Below, piece by piece: positions 1-12,269 of a DNA stretch of 64,000 bases (position 1 is its first letter; each line of letters opens with the position of its first letter). The notes below the pieces were generated by a model, which was not told the DNA's origin, ran no database searches, and saw nothing but the letters and a program-made list of their open reading frames with translations. The DNA lies in assembly GCA_951406725.2 (NCBI GenBank), contig OX597839.1:29388001-29452000 (forward strand). The letters are read 5' to 3'. The translations under genes and the position numbers were made by a program. This DNA comes from Octopus vulgaris (taxonomy: Eukaryota).

Positions 1-868
1 CTAGAGAGGAACAGTACTTGAGAACAAGGCCGGATTAAGACCCATGAAGGCACATAAAAGTTTTTGGTGTCCCCATATATATGTAATTCAAAATATAAAC
101 ATTAATAAACCATAAAATTAATTTTTATTTTGCAAAATGAAGCAAAAAGATAGAAAATGCTAATTTGTCTATACTTCCACTTTTATATTTGAAAAAGTTT
201 CTCTAATTTTATTTTTTCATTGCAAAGTTTGATCAGATCCTCATTATGACACCTTGAACACTTCGGAATTATATTTCCGATCACATACACCACTTCGAAT
301 ATTATTGTGCAAGTTTAGAGTGATTTCTTTTGTACCGTAAACCATTCACCATTTCTGTGGTACCCGACTTCCCTCGATGTCCTCAGCACGTGCTTATTTT
401 CCTAAATGGTTAATCCAACGCTGTTTGAGTGAAAACTACGATAAGCTTTCTGCCATAGAACCACAGGATGGGGCTATTAGAATACTTTTTACTGGGTCCA
501 AAACGACCAAAAGTATGATAAGTTTTTCTCGATATAAAATTGGTGGCTTTGATCCTTCAATCAGGAAAAGGCTTTTCTCAAAGCTTTGACCTTCTCAAAT
601 ACAATCGCACGGATCAGCGAACCTCACATTAATCTAGTTATACACGTAAGGAAACTATTCTTGTTTCTTGAGAATTTATATTTAAAAAAACAACAACAGA
701 AAGAAGTTAATTACTTGATGTCGCCATGGAGATGTTATGAGCACATAAAATGGGGCTTGGATGTGTGTGACGTAATAGGATTTTAATCCTAGGCTGTGTG
801 CGCGCGTGTTTTTGTGTGTAAGTGTATACATAATACACACACATATATATATATACATATATATATAA

Positions 869-955
869 CCGAAGAGATGGTGTTGTGGATTTCCACTTCG
901 GCATCTGAAACTCAGAGTTTTTATCTTGACTACCGAGTAATGTAACATATTGTAT
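869..955 (+). ncRNA. Degenerate type I hammerhead-like motif in a Penelope-like tail fragment
   Basis: CCGAAGA (one mismatch to CUGANGA), then GATG...CATC stem II with inner GTGG-ATTT-CCAC hairpin, then GAAAC-TCAGA-GTT. The downstream sequence resembles the minus-strand copy at 22278-22369. Flanked by TA/CA microsatellite. Confidence 0.5.
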
Positions 956-1098
956 AGATATACACACATATATATATATATATATACACACATCTATCTA
1001 TCTATCTATCTATCTATCTACAATTTCGTACTTGTATACATATAGATGTGTGTATATGTATAAATACATATATTTGCACATACACCCACGCACACACC

Positions 1099-1148
<50 letters not shown>

Positions 1149-1568
1149 CCCTGAAACACTCGCTCGCACATTCTCTCACGCATACACAGGCAAAACCCCT
1201 TACACTGGCCGAGATCCAGCTGGCTCCAGTAAACAACAGTAAAACAGAAGAAAGGTTGCTGCTTCTACCAAACTCGTGTTTACTTCGCAGCAAAAACATG
1301 AAACGATAAAATTCTTTGATATACAAACAACCAAATTACTCATTTCTTCATTATTTAAACTCTGTTGATATTGCAGTAGATCTACATCCGTCTTTTAGAC
1401 ATTCCTGCTTTCCGTCCTTCCCTTCTTTCGCTTTTCTCGTTTCTGCTTTCTGGGGACCACGTGGTCTCTTGTTCGATCTCACCGTGGGGCTACCCGATCA
1501 ACTCTCTTCTAGCATCGTGATGACCAAAGGCATTGAGAATGGAATTTGGTAAATAGAATTCTTCTTAG

Positions 1569-2151
1569 AAGGCGGCGAGCTGGCAGAAACGTTAGCACGC
1601 CGGGCGAAATGCTTAGCAGTATTTCGTCTGCCGTTACGTTCTGAGTTCAAATTCCGCCGAGGTCGACTTTGCCTTTCATCCTTTCGGGGTCGATTAAATA
1701 AGTACCAGTTACGCACTGGGGTCGATATAATCGACTTAATCCATTTGTCTGTCCTTGTTTGTCCTCTCTGTGTTTAGCCCCTTGTGGGTAGTAAAGAAAT
1801 AGGTATTTCGTCTGCCGTTACGTTCTGAGTTCAAATTCCGCCGAGGTCGACTTTGCCTTTCATCCTTTCGGGGTCGATAATTTAAGTACCAGTTACGCAC
1901 TTGGGTCGATGTAATCGACTTAATCCGTTTGTCTGTCCTTGTTTGTCCTCTCTGTGTGTAGCCCCTTGTGGGTAGTAAAGAAATAGGTATTTTGTCTGCC
2001 GCTACGTTCTAAGTTCAAATTCCGCCGAGGTCGACTTTGCCTTCGATCCTTTCGGGGTCGATTAAATAAGTACCAGTTACGCACTGGGGCCGATGTAATC
2101 GACTTAATCCCTTTGTCTGTCCTTGTTTGTCCCCTCTGTGTGTAGCCCCTT
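1569..2151 (+). mobile_element. tRNA-derived SINE family A: one head plus three tandem ~184-bp bodies
   Basis: Head GGCGGCGAGCTGGCAGAAACGTTAGC with B-box-like GAGTTCAAATTCC. The body beginning GTATTT(C/T)GTCTGCC recurs at 1619, 1803 and 1987; the first two units end AAAGAAATAG. Confidence 0.9.
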
Positions 2152-2755
2152 CGTAAACTTGACAGATACGCACTGACACACACACAAGCGCGCATGCCTG
2201 CCTACACACACAAATATATGTATGTGGGTGTGTGGGTGTGCGTGGGTGGTTTTATGCCAACAGACACGTAATATACACTCATATTTCTTTATATGTATAT
2301 AGATCTAGTTATTTTTCGGGACGGTCATTTGTTTTTTGCCAAATAAACACACGCACTGTATACTCGTCCTTTTCTTTAGATTTATTATTTAATGTCCTTC
2401 GGCTGAAAAATCTTTCGTCACACATCCTGTGACCTCTGCACCGACTCTGCGTCCCACGTGTTTCCTCCTCTCCTATTTAGTCCATTTTGTCTTTTTATGG
2501 TGACCGCTGAAGAGGTCACATGATGTGTGTGTGTGACTAAAGATTTTCAGACAAAGGTCAATAAAATAAGAATATATAGTGCATGTTTTTAATTGGAAAA
2601 AAAGAAAAAGCAAAAAAAAAAATGGAACAAAAAACAGCAAAACGAAAAGAAACAAATGACCATTCCAAATAACTGCTTCAACACACGATTTTACATCAGA
2701 AATTTGTCTGTCTGCCTATCTCGCTATCTCTCTCTCTCTCCCTCTCAATCTCTCT

Positions 2756-2793
<38 letters not shown>

Positions 2794-2894
2794 GTCTATC
2801 TATTTATCTATCTACCTACCTACCCGCCTGCGTGTTCATATATCCATGTAGCTACCCGTTACCACCGCACCCCCGTTTCAGCCTTTCGCTCTGT

Positions 2895-3735
2895 TATTTA
2901 CCATGAAGGCCTGTTTCATCACAAATGAATACCTGTTGTGCGATCTAACCCCTCGGCTGCAATGAGCTGACGGAATTCGCGCACGAAATCCTCGGCTGCC
3001 TTCGTATCAGAACTCGCGGCTTCTCCATACCTGACGACGCCATGAACACCAGTCCTCTTCTTGAAATTATCGAACCAGCCGCGACAGGCCTTAAATACGT
3101 CTGCTGATGTCTCCTCCCTCGACGTTCCAGGGTTCTGCTTCAGGAGATCCCCATACAGCACATGGCCTGGTGGTTAGAGCAGCGGACTCGCGGGTTCGAA
3201 TCTCAGACCGGGCGATGTGTGTGTTTATGAGCGAAACACCTAAGCCCCACGTGGCTCCGGCTGAAGGTAATGCCGAACTTCTGCTGACTCTTTGGCCCAA
3301 ACTTTCTCCCACTCTTTCCTCCTGCATCTTGCTGCTCACCTGCGACGGACCGGCGTCCCGTCCAGGTGGGGAACCTATAAGCCAAGGAAACCGGGAAACT
3401 GGCCCTTATGAGCCAGGCATGGTTTCAGAAGGAACAACAACAACAAACATACAGCGCTCGTGCTTTCTCGCAGACGATGGTCTCCGTAACCGTATCCCCT
3501 CTGAATTGCTTCTCATTGATCCACAAGAAAAGCAATTTTTCACTCTCTTCGTGGACAGATGAGCATTGCTTGGAGAGCCTGGAGACACCCTTTGCTATTG
3601 TAACGGCCTTGATCTCATCCTATTTCTTCAGAATGGTGCAGATCATCGACTGCTTCGGTCGTGGTCACGTGTTGTGTCCACTCCAGACGCTCCTCTCTCA
3701 TCTTTATCAATGATTTCCTTCTTCAATTCTTCTCG
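2895..3735 (-). pseudogene. Tigger/pogo (CENP-B HTH + DDE) transposase N-terminal remnant, interrupted by a SINE
   Basis: Minus strand reads ELKKEIIDK...ICTILKK*DEIK...EKLLFLWINEKQFRGDTVTETIVCEKARALYGDL...FKACRGWFDNFKKRTGVHGVVRYGEAASSD...QQVFICDETGL, with stops and frameshifts. Confidence 0.92.
3160..3447 (+). mobile_element. tRNA-derived SINE family C with (CAA)n tail and 8-bp TSD
   Basis: TGGCCTGGTGGTTAGAGC...GGTTCGAATC A/B boxes and a (CAA)n tail. CATACAGC is duplicated at 3152-3159 and 3448-3455. Confidence 0.88.
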
Positions 3736-4251
3736 TAATCAATTTTTTCTTCTTCTCAACACTGGAAATTATCTATAACGGAAACTATCTATAACGTCCC
3801 CCTTTGAATGGGTCTTTTTTTTTAGCAGTGTCACCCCTCCTCGACTCACGAAACTGGGGATACTCCCGTTTTGCTGCCAGTTGCAGTGGACTGTTGCGAA
3901 GACTTCTCCAAATAAGTCTGGCATATGACAAAATAGACATAGCTGTGTTTACATAGACCTACACGCGCGCGCACACACACACACACGTGATTTAATTATA
4001 GAATATACATATCTCTGTCTGTCTCTCCTTCTGTGCAACTCCAGATTGTTTCAACTGAAATAAGTGTCATAGGGAGAAAACTGTGTTTGTTTTCACAAAG
4101 GAAGTTAAAACTTCCTGAACAAGTGTTTCATGTAGAAGCATCGTGGTGGTGGTGTTGGCGCTAAAAGTATTTCGTACGAGGATATCCTAGTGTCAAGAAA
4201 CTCAGTGGTTTTCATAGAGAATCATAAACCATTCTGTGTGTGCGTGTGTTA

Positions 4252-4297
<46 letters not shown>

Positions 4298-4302
4298 ATC
4301 TA

Positions 4303-4465
4303 TAGGCGCAGGTGTGGCAGTCTGGTGAGAAGTTTACTCGTTAACCAGATGGTTTCGGGTTTTCTCTTACTGCGTGACTCTTTGTGAAAGTGGTTTCTAC
4401 TCTAGTTCCCGGCCGAGCAAAGCCTTGTGAGTGGAGTTGGTAGACGGAAACTGGAAGAAACCCAG
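4303..4465 (+). mobile_element. SINE family B, diverged 5' (tRNA/CORE-like) half
   Basis: GGCGCAGGTGTGGC...AAAGCCTTGTGAGTGGAGTTGGTAGACGGAAACTG matches the reverse complement of the copies at 10880-11310 and 59575-59980. Confidence 0.8.
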
Positions 4466-4467
4466 CC

Positions 4468-4516
<49 letters not shown>

Positions 4517-4655
4517 TTGTACACACACATACATAATTATAATATATTAAACCAGTGTATCTTAGACAGAAGTACCCTATAAAAGTTTAAATATCCACAT
4601 TGTGATTATATATATATATATATATGTATATGCAGGTATGTATGTATGTATGCAT

Positions 4656-4743
<88 letters not shown>

Positions 4744-5237
4744 CGTAGGAGGTATGCCTATTATATATATATATACACACACACATACGGCGTGTAAATA
4801 CTCTCTTGATGTTTATAATCTATGACGTCATCAGTAGACAATTGTCGCTGACCAGAGTACAACTGTCGCTGTAGTTCTCCAGCTGCTCACATATCCTTGA
4901 TGCTCGTCTGCGGTCAAAGTAGTGAAGTAGCTGGGCGAGTGACTGTGTCACCTCCCCATTACGCGATGGCGAAGACATCTGACGAAAGCATCTGATTTTT
5001 TATCATCTGACGAAAGCATCGTACGCAACAACCGACTCAGTGATCTTCACTCACTCGCCAGCGATGGTTCCGTGCACTTTTAATATAATCAATAAATATC
5101 ATATATTTCCTTTTAATTGAACTTTTATAGCGATCATTAAACCGTTCAATGGAACACTGACAAGATGAAAATATCATAAGCGTAAAAGCTGCCATTGTGG
5201 TGCAACATAAATGCTTACGTGCTTATACACACACACA

Positions 5238-5269
<32 letters not shown>

Positions 5270-5367
5270 CATACATATATATATATACATACATTCATAC
5301 ATACATACATACATACATACATGCATGCACACACACACACACACATATATGTAGATATATAGATATT

Positions 5368-5409
<42 letters not shown>

Positions 5410-5410
5410 G

Positions 5411-6595
5411 ACATGACAGAAGTAAATAGACACCCCATAAAATATTGTTTTATGTCTATTCTAACTTGTAATGGTTTATATTTTTTATTAATTGACATTT
5501 TTGTTTCAGGCTTTATATGTGACTTTTTAATCATGCCATGTACAAAAGAAGCCTTGGAACTGTCTGAATTTCAAAGAGGCCATAATTTGGAGCATTCTGA
5601 GGGTGGATATAGCGTAAAATCGCAGAAAACCTTGAGATCCCGCTTTTTACAGTTAATAGAGTGATTGTGTAATTCACCAGAGAGGGGGAAGGAGTCCAGG
5701 TTGATCAGGGTCCTCTGACAGGACACTTGTCTTAAGGGAAGTGTAGAGGATAATCCTCATTGCAAAGCATTTGACACAGAAGAACACATTCATGTCAGTC
5801 CCAGAACAGCTATCAGGCATCTCCCCAAACTTGGTTACTATAGCAGAGCAGCAAGAAGGAAGCCACTTCTTCGACCGGCCAACATCAAGCGGAGAAAAGA
5901 TTGGGCCAATGAGATGGCGGAGAGGCCATTAGCATTTTGGAACTCTGTCATATTCTCTGATGAGTCCAGATTGTGGGTCTGGAGACTCTGTAATAAAAAA
6001 TTTGATGTGAAAAGATTGCAACCAGCAATGAGACACGGCAGTTATTCTGTGATGGTCCGGGGAAGAATTTGGAGCAGTGGTTGGTCAGAGCTGGTGGAGT
6101 GTGAGGGAAACATAAACTCTGATAAATATGTAACCATATTGCAGAAAGGACTCCTTCTAATCTTCTGCAGTGGTGAAATGATTAAAGACGACTCTTTATT
6201 TATGGAAGATGGGGCTCCTTGTCACACAGCTAGAATGACCCATGATTTGTTGGATGCGAATAGCATTAAAAAGCTTCCATGGCCAAGCCAGTCCCCAGAT
6301 ATGAGCCTTATTGAACACTTCTGTGATATAATGGACAGAACATTTCGTAAAAGGAACAGGAAAGCATCTTCAAAGCCAGATCTTTTAAGATTACTGCTTG
6401 AAACTTGGCAAGAAATTCCGCAAGAGAATATTCGTCATCTGATAAGTATTATGCCTAATAGAAAAATGCAAATGGTATGTCTACTAAACATTAAATATTT
6501 ACATAATAACAATTAATAAATAGTTTGAATGTATAATTTCAGATTTACGGAAATTTTAACGATTATAAGGGTACCTGTTTATTTCTGTTGTAGAG
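5411..6595 (+). mobile_element. Tc1-family (DD34E) DNA transposon, decayed, with degenerate TIRs
   Basis: Left ACAGAAGTAAATAGACACCCCATAA (5416-5440) is an imperfect inverted match to right TTATAAGGGTACCTGTTTATTTCTGT (6563-6588). A transposase pseudogene lies between them. Confidence 0.85.
5533..6516 (+). pseudogene. Tc1 transposase pseudogene
   Basis: Frameshifted N-terminus MPCTKEALELSEFQRG. ORF 5914-6516 has WNSVIFSDES, FMEDGAPCH and WPSQSPDMSLIEH, with 34 residues between the second D and the E. Confidence 0.93.
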
Positions 6596-8746
6596 TTGGC
6601 GTAGCGAACGTGACAATGAACGCCGTAACATCCGCCCAGCATCCCGTGTCTCACTCGATAGGTAGACAGACATGCGCATTGGCAAGTGCGAAGATTGTTA
6701 GTGGATCGTTAGGTAGACGGGTGGTAAAATGCTTGCTTAGTCGTTGCAGGCTACAGAAGCATCAGTGTTGTGCTCGCAGTTATTTTGCAAAACTTCGTTT
6801 TCCCAATCATGATGTCCGAAGGAAGTGAGTGCGAAGGACAGTGGTGAGAAGAAGAAGCGGATGATGGGCTTTGAATTAAAGAAGTAGTACGATTTGGCGA
6901 AGTAGTACGAGCGTAGCACTTTTACGATCTGCACCAGACTGAAGCAGAAGGAGTCGATAAAGGCTTTAACGCCAGCCAAGGGCGTTAAAAGGATTTCTAA
7001 ACAGCAGATAGCAACCCATGAAGAAGCTGGTGATGGTGTGGCTGATGGAGAAGCAGTTCGCAGGAGGTATCGTGACGGAAGCTATAATCTACGAGAAGGT
7101 ACGAGTTGTTTACGTTAATTTGCAGCAGCTGACCCCAGGTACTTGTACGGACGAGGCATTGGGCGAGGCAGTCGCGGCTGGTTCGAGAATTTTAAAAAGA
7201 GGACCGCCGGCATTCACTCCCTTGTCAGGCATGGTGAGACAGCAAGCGCGGATATGAAGGCAGCTGAGGTTTAGCTCAAAACTTTTGCCGGAATTATAGC
7301 AGCCTAAGAATGCATCCCCCGAGCAAGTCTTCAACTGTGACGAGACAGGACTTTTTTTGAAGAAGATGCCAAGGAGAACTTATATAATGGCAGTTGGAGA
7401 AGAGGATGCCAGGCCAGAAACCCATGAAGGATAGGCTAAGCCTCGCACTGTGTGCCAATGTGAGCGGCGACTGCAAGATTAAGCCGCTGCTCGCCTATCA
7501 TTTGAAAAACTCCAGAGCCTTTAAGTTACACAAGATTCTGAAAGAAAACTGCAGGTTATGTGGAGGGCAAACCCGAGGGTGTAGGTCACCAGGCAGTTCT
7601 TTGTGGAGTGGGTGAATTTGGTCTTTGGTCCTGACGTTAAGAAATATCTCCAGGAAAATAACCTATCCCTGAAAGCTCTTCTCGTCCTGGATAATGCACC
7701 TGCTCGCCCACCTAACCTCGAAGATGACCTCCCGAAGAGTTCAAATTTATAAAGGTTCTCTACCTTTCACCCAACACCACCCGTATCCTGCAGCCCATGG
7801 ATAAGCAGGTGATTTCTAATTTCAAGAAGCTCTTCACCAAGCACCGGTTCCGCCGCTGCTTTGAAGTGACAGAGAGCACAAACCTCACCTTCGAGAGTTC
7901 TTGAAGGACCACTATAACATCGTGATATGCCTCAGAATTATCGATATGGCCTGGCAGGGTGTTACAAAGAGGACCTTGACCTCTGCGTGGAAGAAGCTGT
8001 GGCCTGAGGTTGTGTCTGAAACGGACTTTGAAAGACTCGAACTCGAAGCGGCAGTGGTGGAGAAGATTGTGTCCCTCGGCAAGTTCATGGGCCTGGATGA
8101 GCTCACCGAGAAGCACTTTGAGGAAATGACAACGTAGGAGCAAAAGGAGCTACATACGCAGCAGCACACAGGAGTTTTGGAGGAATTAGGTGACGCGGAG
8201 GAGGTTATCTCTGTAGGTGCGATAAAGGAAATGTTGGGAATGTGGGAGAAACTTTCAGACTTTATGCAAAAGAAACACTCAGAAAATGTTGCGCGACGGC
8301 GCTATTTAATGACACTTGCCAAACTCATTTCAGGAACATTCTGAAAGGGAAGATGAAGCACCTCATCGGATAGGGTTTTATCAAAAACTCTTGCAGACAA
8401 AAGTGAGGAAAACGTAGCGAAAAAGGTAAAAATCAGTGAATAAGATTCAGTTATGAAGTTCAGCCTTTCTCCTTCACCTCCGTCAGCATCCTCAAGTCAT
8501 CTGATCTCCAGGGGAAATGCTGTACATTTATTGCAGCACATTCTATTGTATTGTGTCTTTATACAAAATTCGTACATTTTTCTTATTAAAAATCATTAAA
8601 AAAAAATGCGGTACTTTCTTGGGACCCGGAACGGATTAATGGCACTTCAGTTCATTTCAGTGGGGGAAATTGATTTGACATACGAGTAATTTGAGTTACG
8701 AGCTCTGTCACGGAACGAATTAAACTCGTAAGTCAAGGCATCACTG
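6596..8746 (+). mobile_element. Tigger/pogo transposon with degraded transposase (~6809-8443) and intact right end
   Basis: Fragments LVMVWLMEKQFAGG, GWFENFKK, VFNCDETGL, PMKDRLSLALCANVSGDCKIKPLL, LLVLDNAPA and PNTTRILQPMDKQVISNFKK. The right terminus ...CTCGTAAGTCAAGGCATCACTG is followed by TA. No left TIR was found. Confidence 0.92.
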
Positions 8747-8800
8747 TATATATAAATGTATGTGTGTATATGTGAAGATATATATATATATATATATATA

Positions 8801-9103
8801 CTAGCAGTATCGCCCGGCGTTGCTCGGGTTTGTTTTCTTTACGACCCTTTAGAATTGGAATTTTTGAAAAGTAAAAATTTTGCATTATGTAGCTTGTTAA
8901 GTGAACATTTTTCTGGTTGAAATACACCGAAAAATGGCGACACAGCAGTCAAAAAATCGTAAAAAATAGGGATTTTCATACGGAAGGAAGAGCAAGCCTT
9001 CTTCTATCATACTCTCAATTTTGTTAAAACTTGCACCGCAGGGTCTCGGAGGAGATAGTGTTAGTTGAAGGCTACGAAATCTGCCATACACAGACAACTT
9101 CAG

Positions 9104-9158
<55 letters not shown>
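8801..9158 (-). mobile_element. Non-autonomous Helitron
   Basis: Minus strand begins A|TCTATATA...AAAGCTGAAGTTGTCTGTGT and ends with the hairpin CCCGAGCAACGCCGGG followed by CTAG|T. These are canonical TC...CTRR termini inserted between A and T. Confidence 0.85.
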
Positions 9159-9789
9159 TGCATTTATATTATATGTATAGTACTTATATATATGTATATG
9201 TAAAAATACATGTATAATATATATGTATGTATGAGCGTGTTTGTGTATGCATATCTATGTATTTTATGTTTGCAACGCTTGCACTCTCCCTGCAGTGATT
9301 ACATCTGCTTGTCGCCTGCTGTCTGGTGTGCATCTGTCTGTCTAAATGTGTATGTCCGCATATATTTAGGTCTGCATGTATGCATGCATGTAAACACACA
9401 CACACACACACACCACAAAACCATAAAAGTTATATCTTGCCGGAGCACAAATTATTTCTCCCGTCCCTTTCCTATCTATTTCTTCAATTAACTTCATAAA
9501 TTTTCTCCTTTCGGGTGTTTTACATCCATTCCCTCACCCTACCCCCATCCGCCAGATAACCGACAAACAGACATTCCGTTTGTAAATTCACATTTGAATT
9601 TAAACGAAACGAACACATCTTTTCCTCCATATCTCTTCTGAGTTGAACATACTTCGCTGCAAACCTTATATATTTACGAATCTATTCCAGTAATTTCCTA
9701 TATAATCCCCGCCATTTCCTTTTCTTGTCTATTGGGAGGGTGATTATGCCAATAAGGCACGCTGGTTATATTTCACTTCTTTATTAGTA

Positions 9790-9945
9790 TTCTGTTACTT
9801 GTTTCAATAATTAGACTGCGGTCATGCTGGGGCACCGCCTTGAAGGATTTCAGTCGAATGAATCGAATCCAGGACTAACGATTTTGCAAAGCCTGGTACT
9901 TATTATATCGTTCTCCTTTGCCGAGTCGCTAAGTTACGGTGACAT
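9790..9945 (-). mobile_element. SINE family B 3' fragment
   Basis: TTAGACTGCGGTCATGCTGGGGCACCGCCTTGAAG...GCCTGGTACTTATT...CGCTAAGTTACGG is shared with the other B copies. Confidence 0.8.
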
Positions 9946-9969
9946 AGTTAGTTAGAGGGGTGGTGGGGT

Positions 9970-10027
<58 letters not shown>

Positions 10028-10879
10028 TAGGATGAATGTGAGTAGGGAAGAAAGAAGAGAGGAGTATACTAATACAATACACTAAGAGAAAAGACGGTGA
10101 GAGAAAAGATGTAGAGAAGTGTTCATGGCGTGCTGTAGGATGGGAAGGGAAAGGTGAACAGAAAGCGATGTGTTTAGGATACAACATTTAGCAGAGGGTG
10201 ATGTTCCGGAGATAGATAGAGAGAGAGAGAGAGGCAGATAGCGTTTGTATTGTCAGAGTAGAGATACATGGTCAGTAAGAAAAAGTAAGATATAAACAAG
10301 AGCTGAACTGAAATGAAATGAGTTTTGTTACTGAAAACTATAGGCCATGATGGTGGAGGTGGTAGTGGTGGTGTGTTGATAGTGGAAAGTATTTTTTTTA
10401 TTGAACTAAATCTATATTCTTCTTCTATCTGTTCGTTCACACATTACGATTTAGTTTGTCAGAGAGGAGGAGTAGGTGGAGTGAAAGAGAGGAAGAGGGA
10501 ATGTGAGAGTGAGTGAGACAGCAGATAGGCAGTCGTTGCGTTTTGCTGTCACTTATGTGGTGAGTGGAAGTGAGAGGTGAAGAGAAATAGAGAAATGTTA
10601 GAGGCATGAAGAGAGGAATTACAGGATTAAAAAGAGTGTTGAAGAGGTAGAGAGGGAGAGAGAGGGAGAGAGAGAGGTGGGGAGAGAAAGAGATAAAAGA
10701 AAAGACAAGAGTCAAGGGTACGTGTGCATGTGCGCTTGTGTGATGTGGGGCCGCTTTTGCAGGGGCGCGAGGACGTGTGTGTTTGTGCGCGTGCGCAGAC
10801 ATATACCCGTACGGTGTAAATCCTGTGAGAGGTGGTCACCCGTTTGTTTGTTTATTAATTTGTTTATTTATTTATATAT

Positions 10880-11310
10880 CTTTAGTCTTGTACTCGTTTC
10901 AGTCGTTAGACTGCGGCCATGCTGGGGCACCGTACTGAAGAATTTTTTAAAGTCAAATGAATCGACTCTAGTATTATTTTCTTTTTTTTTAAAGCCTGGT
11001 ACTTATTCTATAAGTCTCTTTTGCCGAACCGCTAAGTTACGAGGACGTAAGCATACCAACACCGGTTGTCAAGCGGTAGTGGGGACAAACACGTGACACA
11101 GACAGGCAGACACACATACACAAACATACACACACACACATATACACACACGATGGACCTCTTTCAGTTTCCGCCTACCAAATCCACTCACAAGACATTG
11201 GTCGGCCCAAGGCTATAGAAAACACTTACCAAAGGTGCCATGCAGTGGGACTGAACCTGGAACCATGTGGTTGGGAAGCAAGCTTCTTACCACACAGCCC
11301 CGCCTGCGAC
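10880..11310 (-). mobile_element. SINE family B, near full length (tRNA head, CORE-like segment, internal (CA)n, 3' tail)
   Basis: Minus strand starts GCAGGCGGGGCTGTGTGGTAAGAAGCTTGC...GGTTCAGTCCC, followed by GGCACCTTTGGTAAGTGTT. Colinear with 59575-59980. Confidence 0.9.
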
Positions 11311-11415
11311 TACGATCTGTGTCTTTGTCTCGGTGAATGGACAGCGCGTCTGTGTAGGCGTGCGTCGGATCGCGCGCGCGCGGATGTATGTGTATCTCTG
11401 TGTGTGTGTGTGCGT

Positions 11416-11452
<37 letters not shown>

Positions 11453-11670
11453 AGTATGTGTGCGTGCGGGGGGAGGGTGCGTGCGTGTATGAACAAATCA
11501 AGACAAGTCAATTTATTTATTTCGGGAGCGAAGCGGATCCTATTACAGTTTTATGACATTCTTCATCTTCCATTCTGATTAACTCCGGGGAATAAAGAAT
11601 AAGGAATTTATTTACCGACGCAGTATACTTCACACACGCAGATGCAAAACACACAAAGACGGAGACTCAA

Positions 11671-11714
<44 letters not shown>

Positions 11715-12223
11715 ACGCACGAAGCACACAGATGTATGCTGTATGTTTATTAACACATCAACAAATGTTTACTCACACACCAGTTTATGTTTACTAACCT
11801 AATAGAAACACATCAATATATGTTTACTTATCTTATAATAATTTTCCTCTGCTGGGGTGGTGGGGGTGGTGGCGGTAGTAGGGGGCGCTCTAATACGTCC
11901 GTTACAGCAACTGATTTACACAGTGTTTACCGACCAGTTTAATATCAAGGTTCATATCCAAGGTGGTATGCATCAGCGGTACTAACAGGTATGCATGCAC
12001 AAGCGGATTCGCATACAACCTCAACCAATGTGATATTGGTTTTAAATTATGGTTCAAGTCCAGCAATTTCGATGGAGAGTGTAAGCCAATCACATGGATC
12101 CCAGCGGAATTTGAACTCCGAACGTAAAGATCTGTTATACTTGTCTAGCACCTCGGGTTCGACTTGAGAACTTCTACGCTATGTTTTCGAAAGAAAATTA
12201 TAACCATATATATATATATATAC

Positions 12224-12259
<36 letters not shown>

Positions 12260-12269
12260 GTGTGTGCTT

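Noticed and set aside
26-790. hAT transposon (CAAGGCCGGATTAAGACC start) and short ORFs 377-786
   Set aside because: The start is TIR-like, but there is no matching end and no recognisable transposase motif.
1619-2151. CRISPR-like or satellite array
   Set aside because: There are no unique spacers and no cas genes; the units are SINE bodies found dispersed through the window.
4790-5160. Solo LTR or hammerhead (CATCTGACGAAAGCATC twice, at 4976 and 5004; AATAAA at ~5091)
   Set aside because: There is no GAAA/NUH partner, no defined TG...CA ends with TSD, and no second copy in the window.
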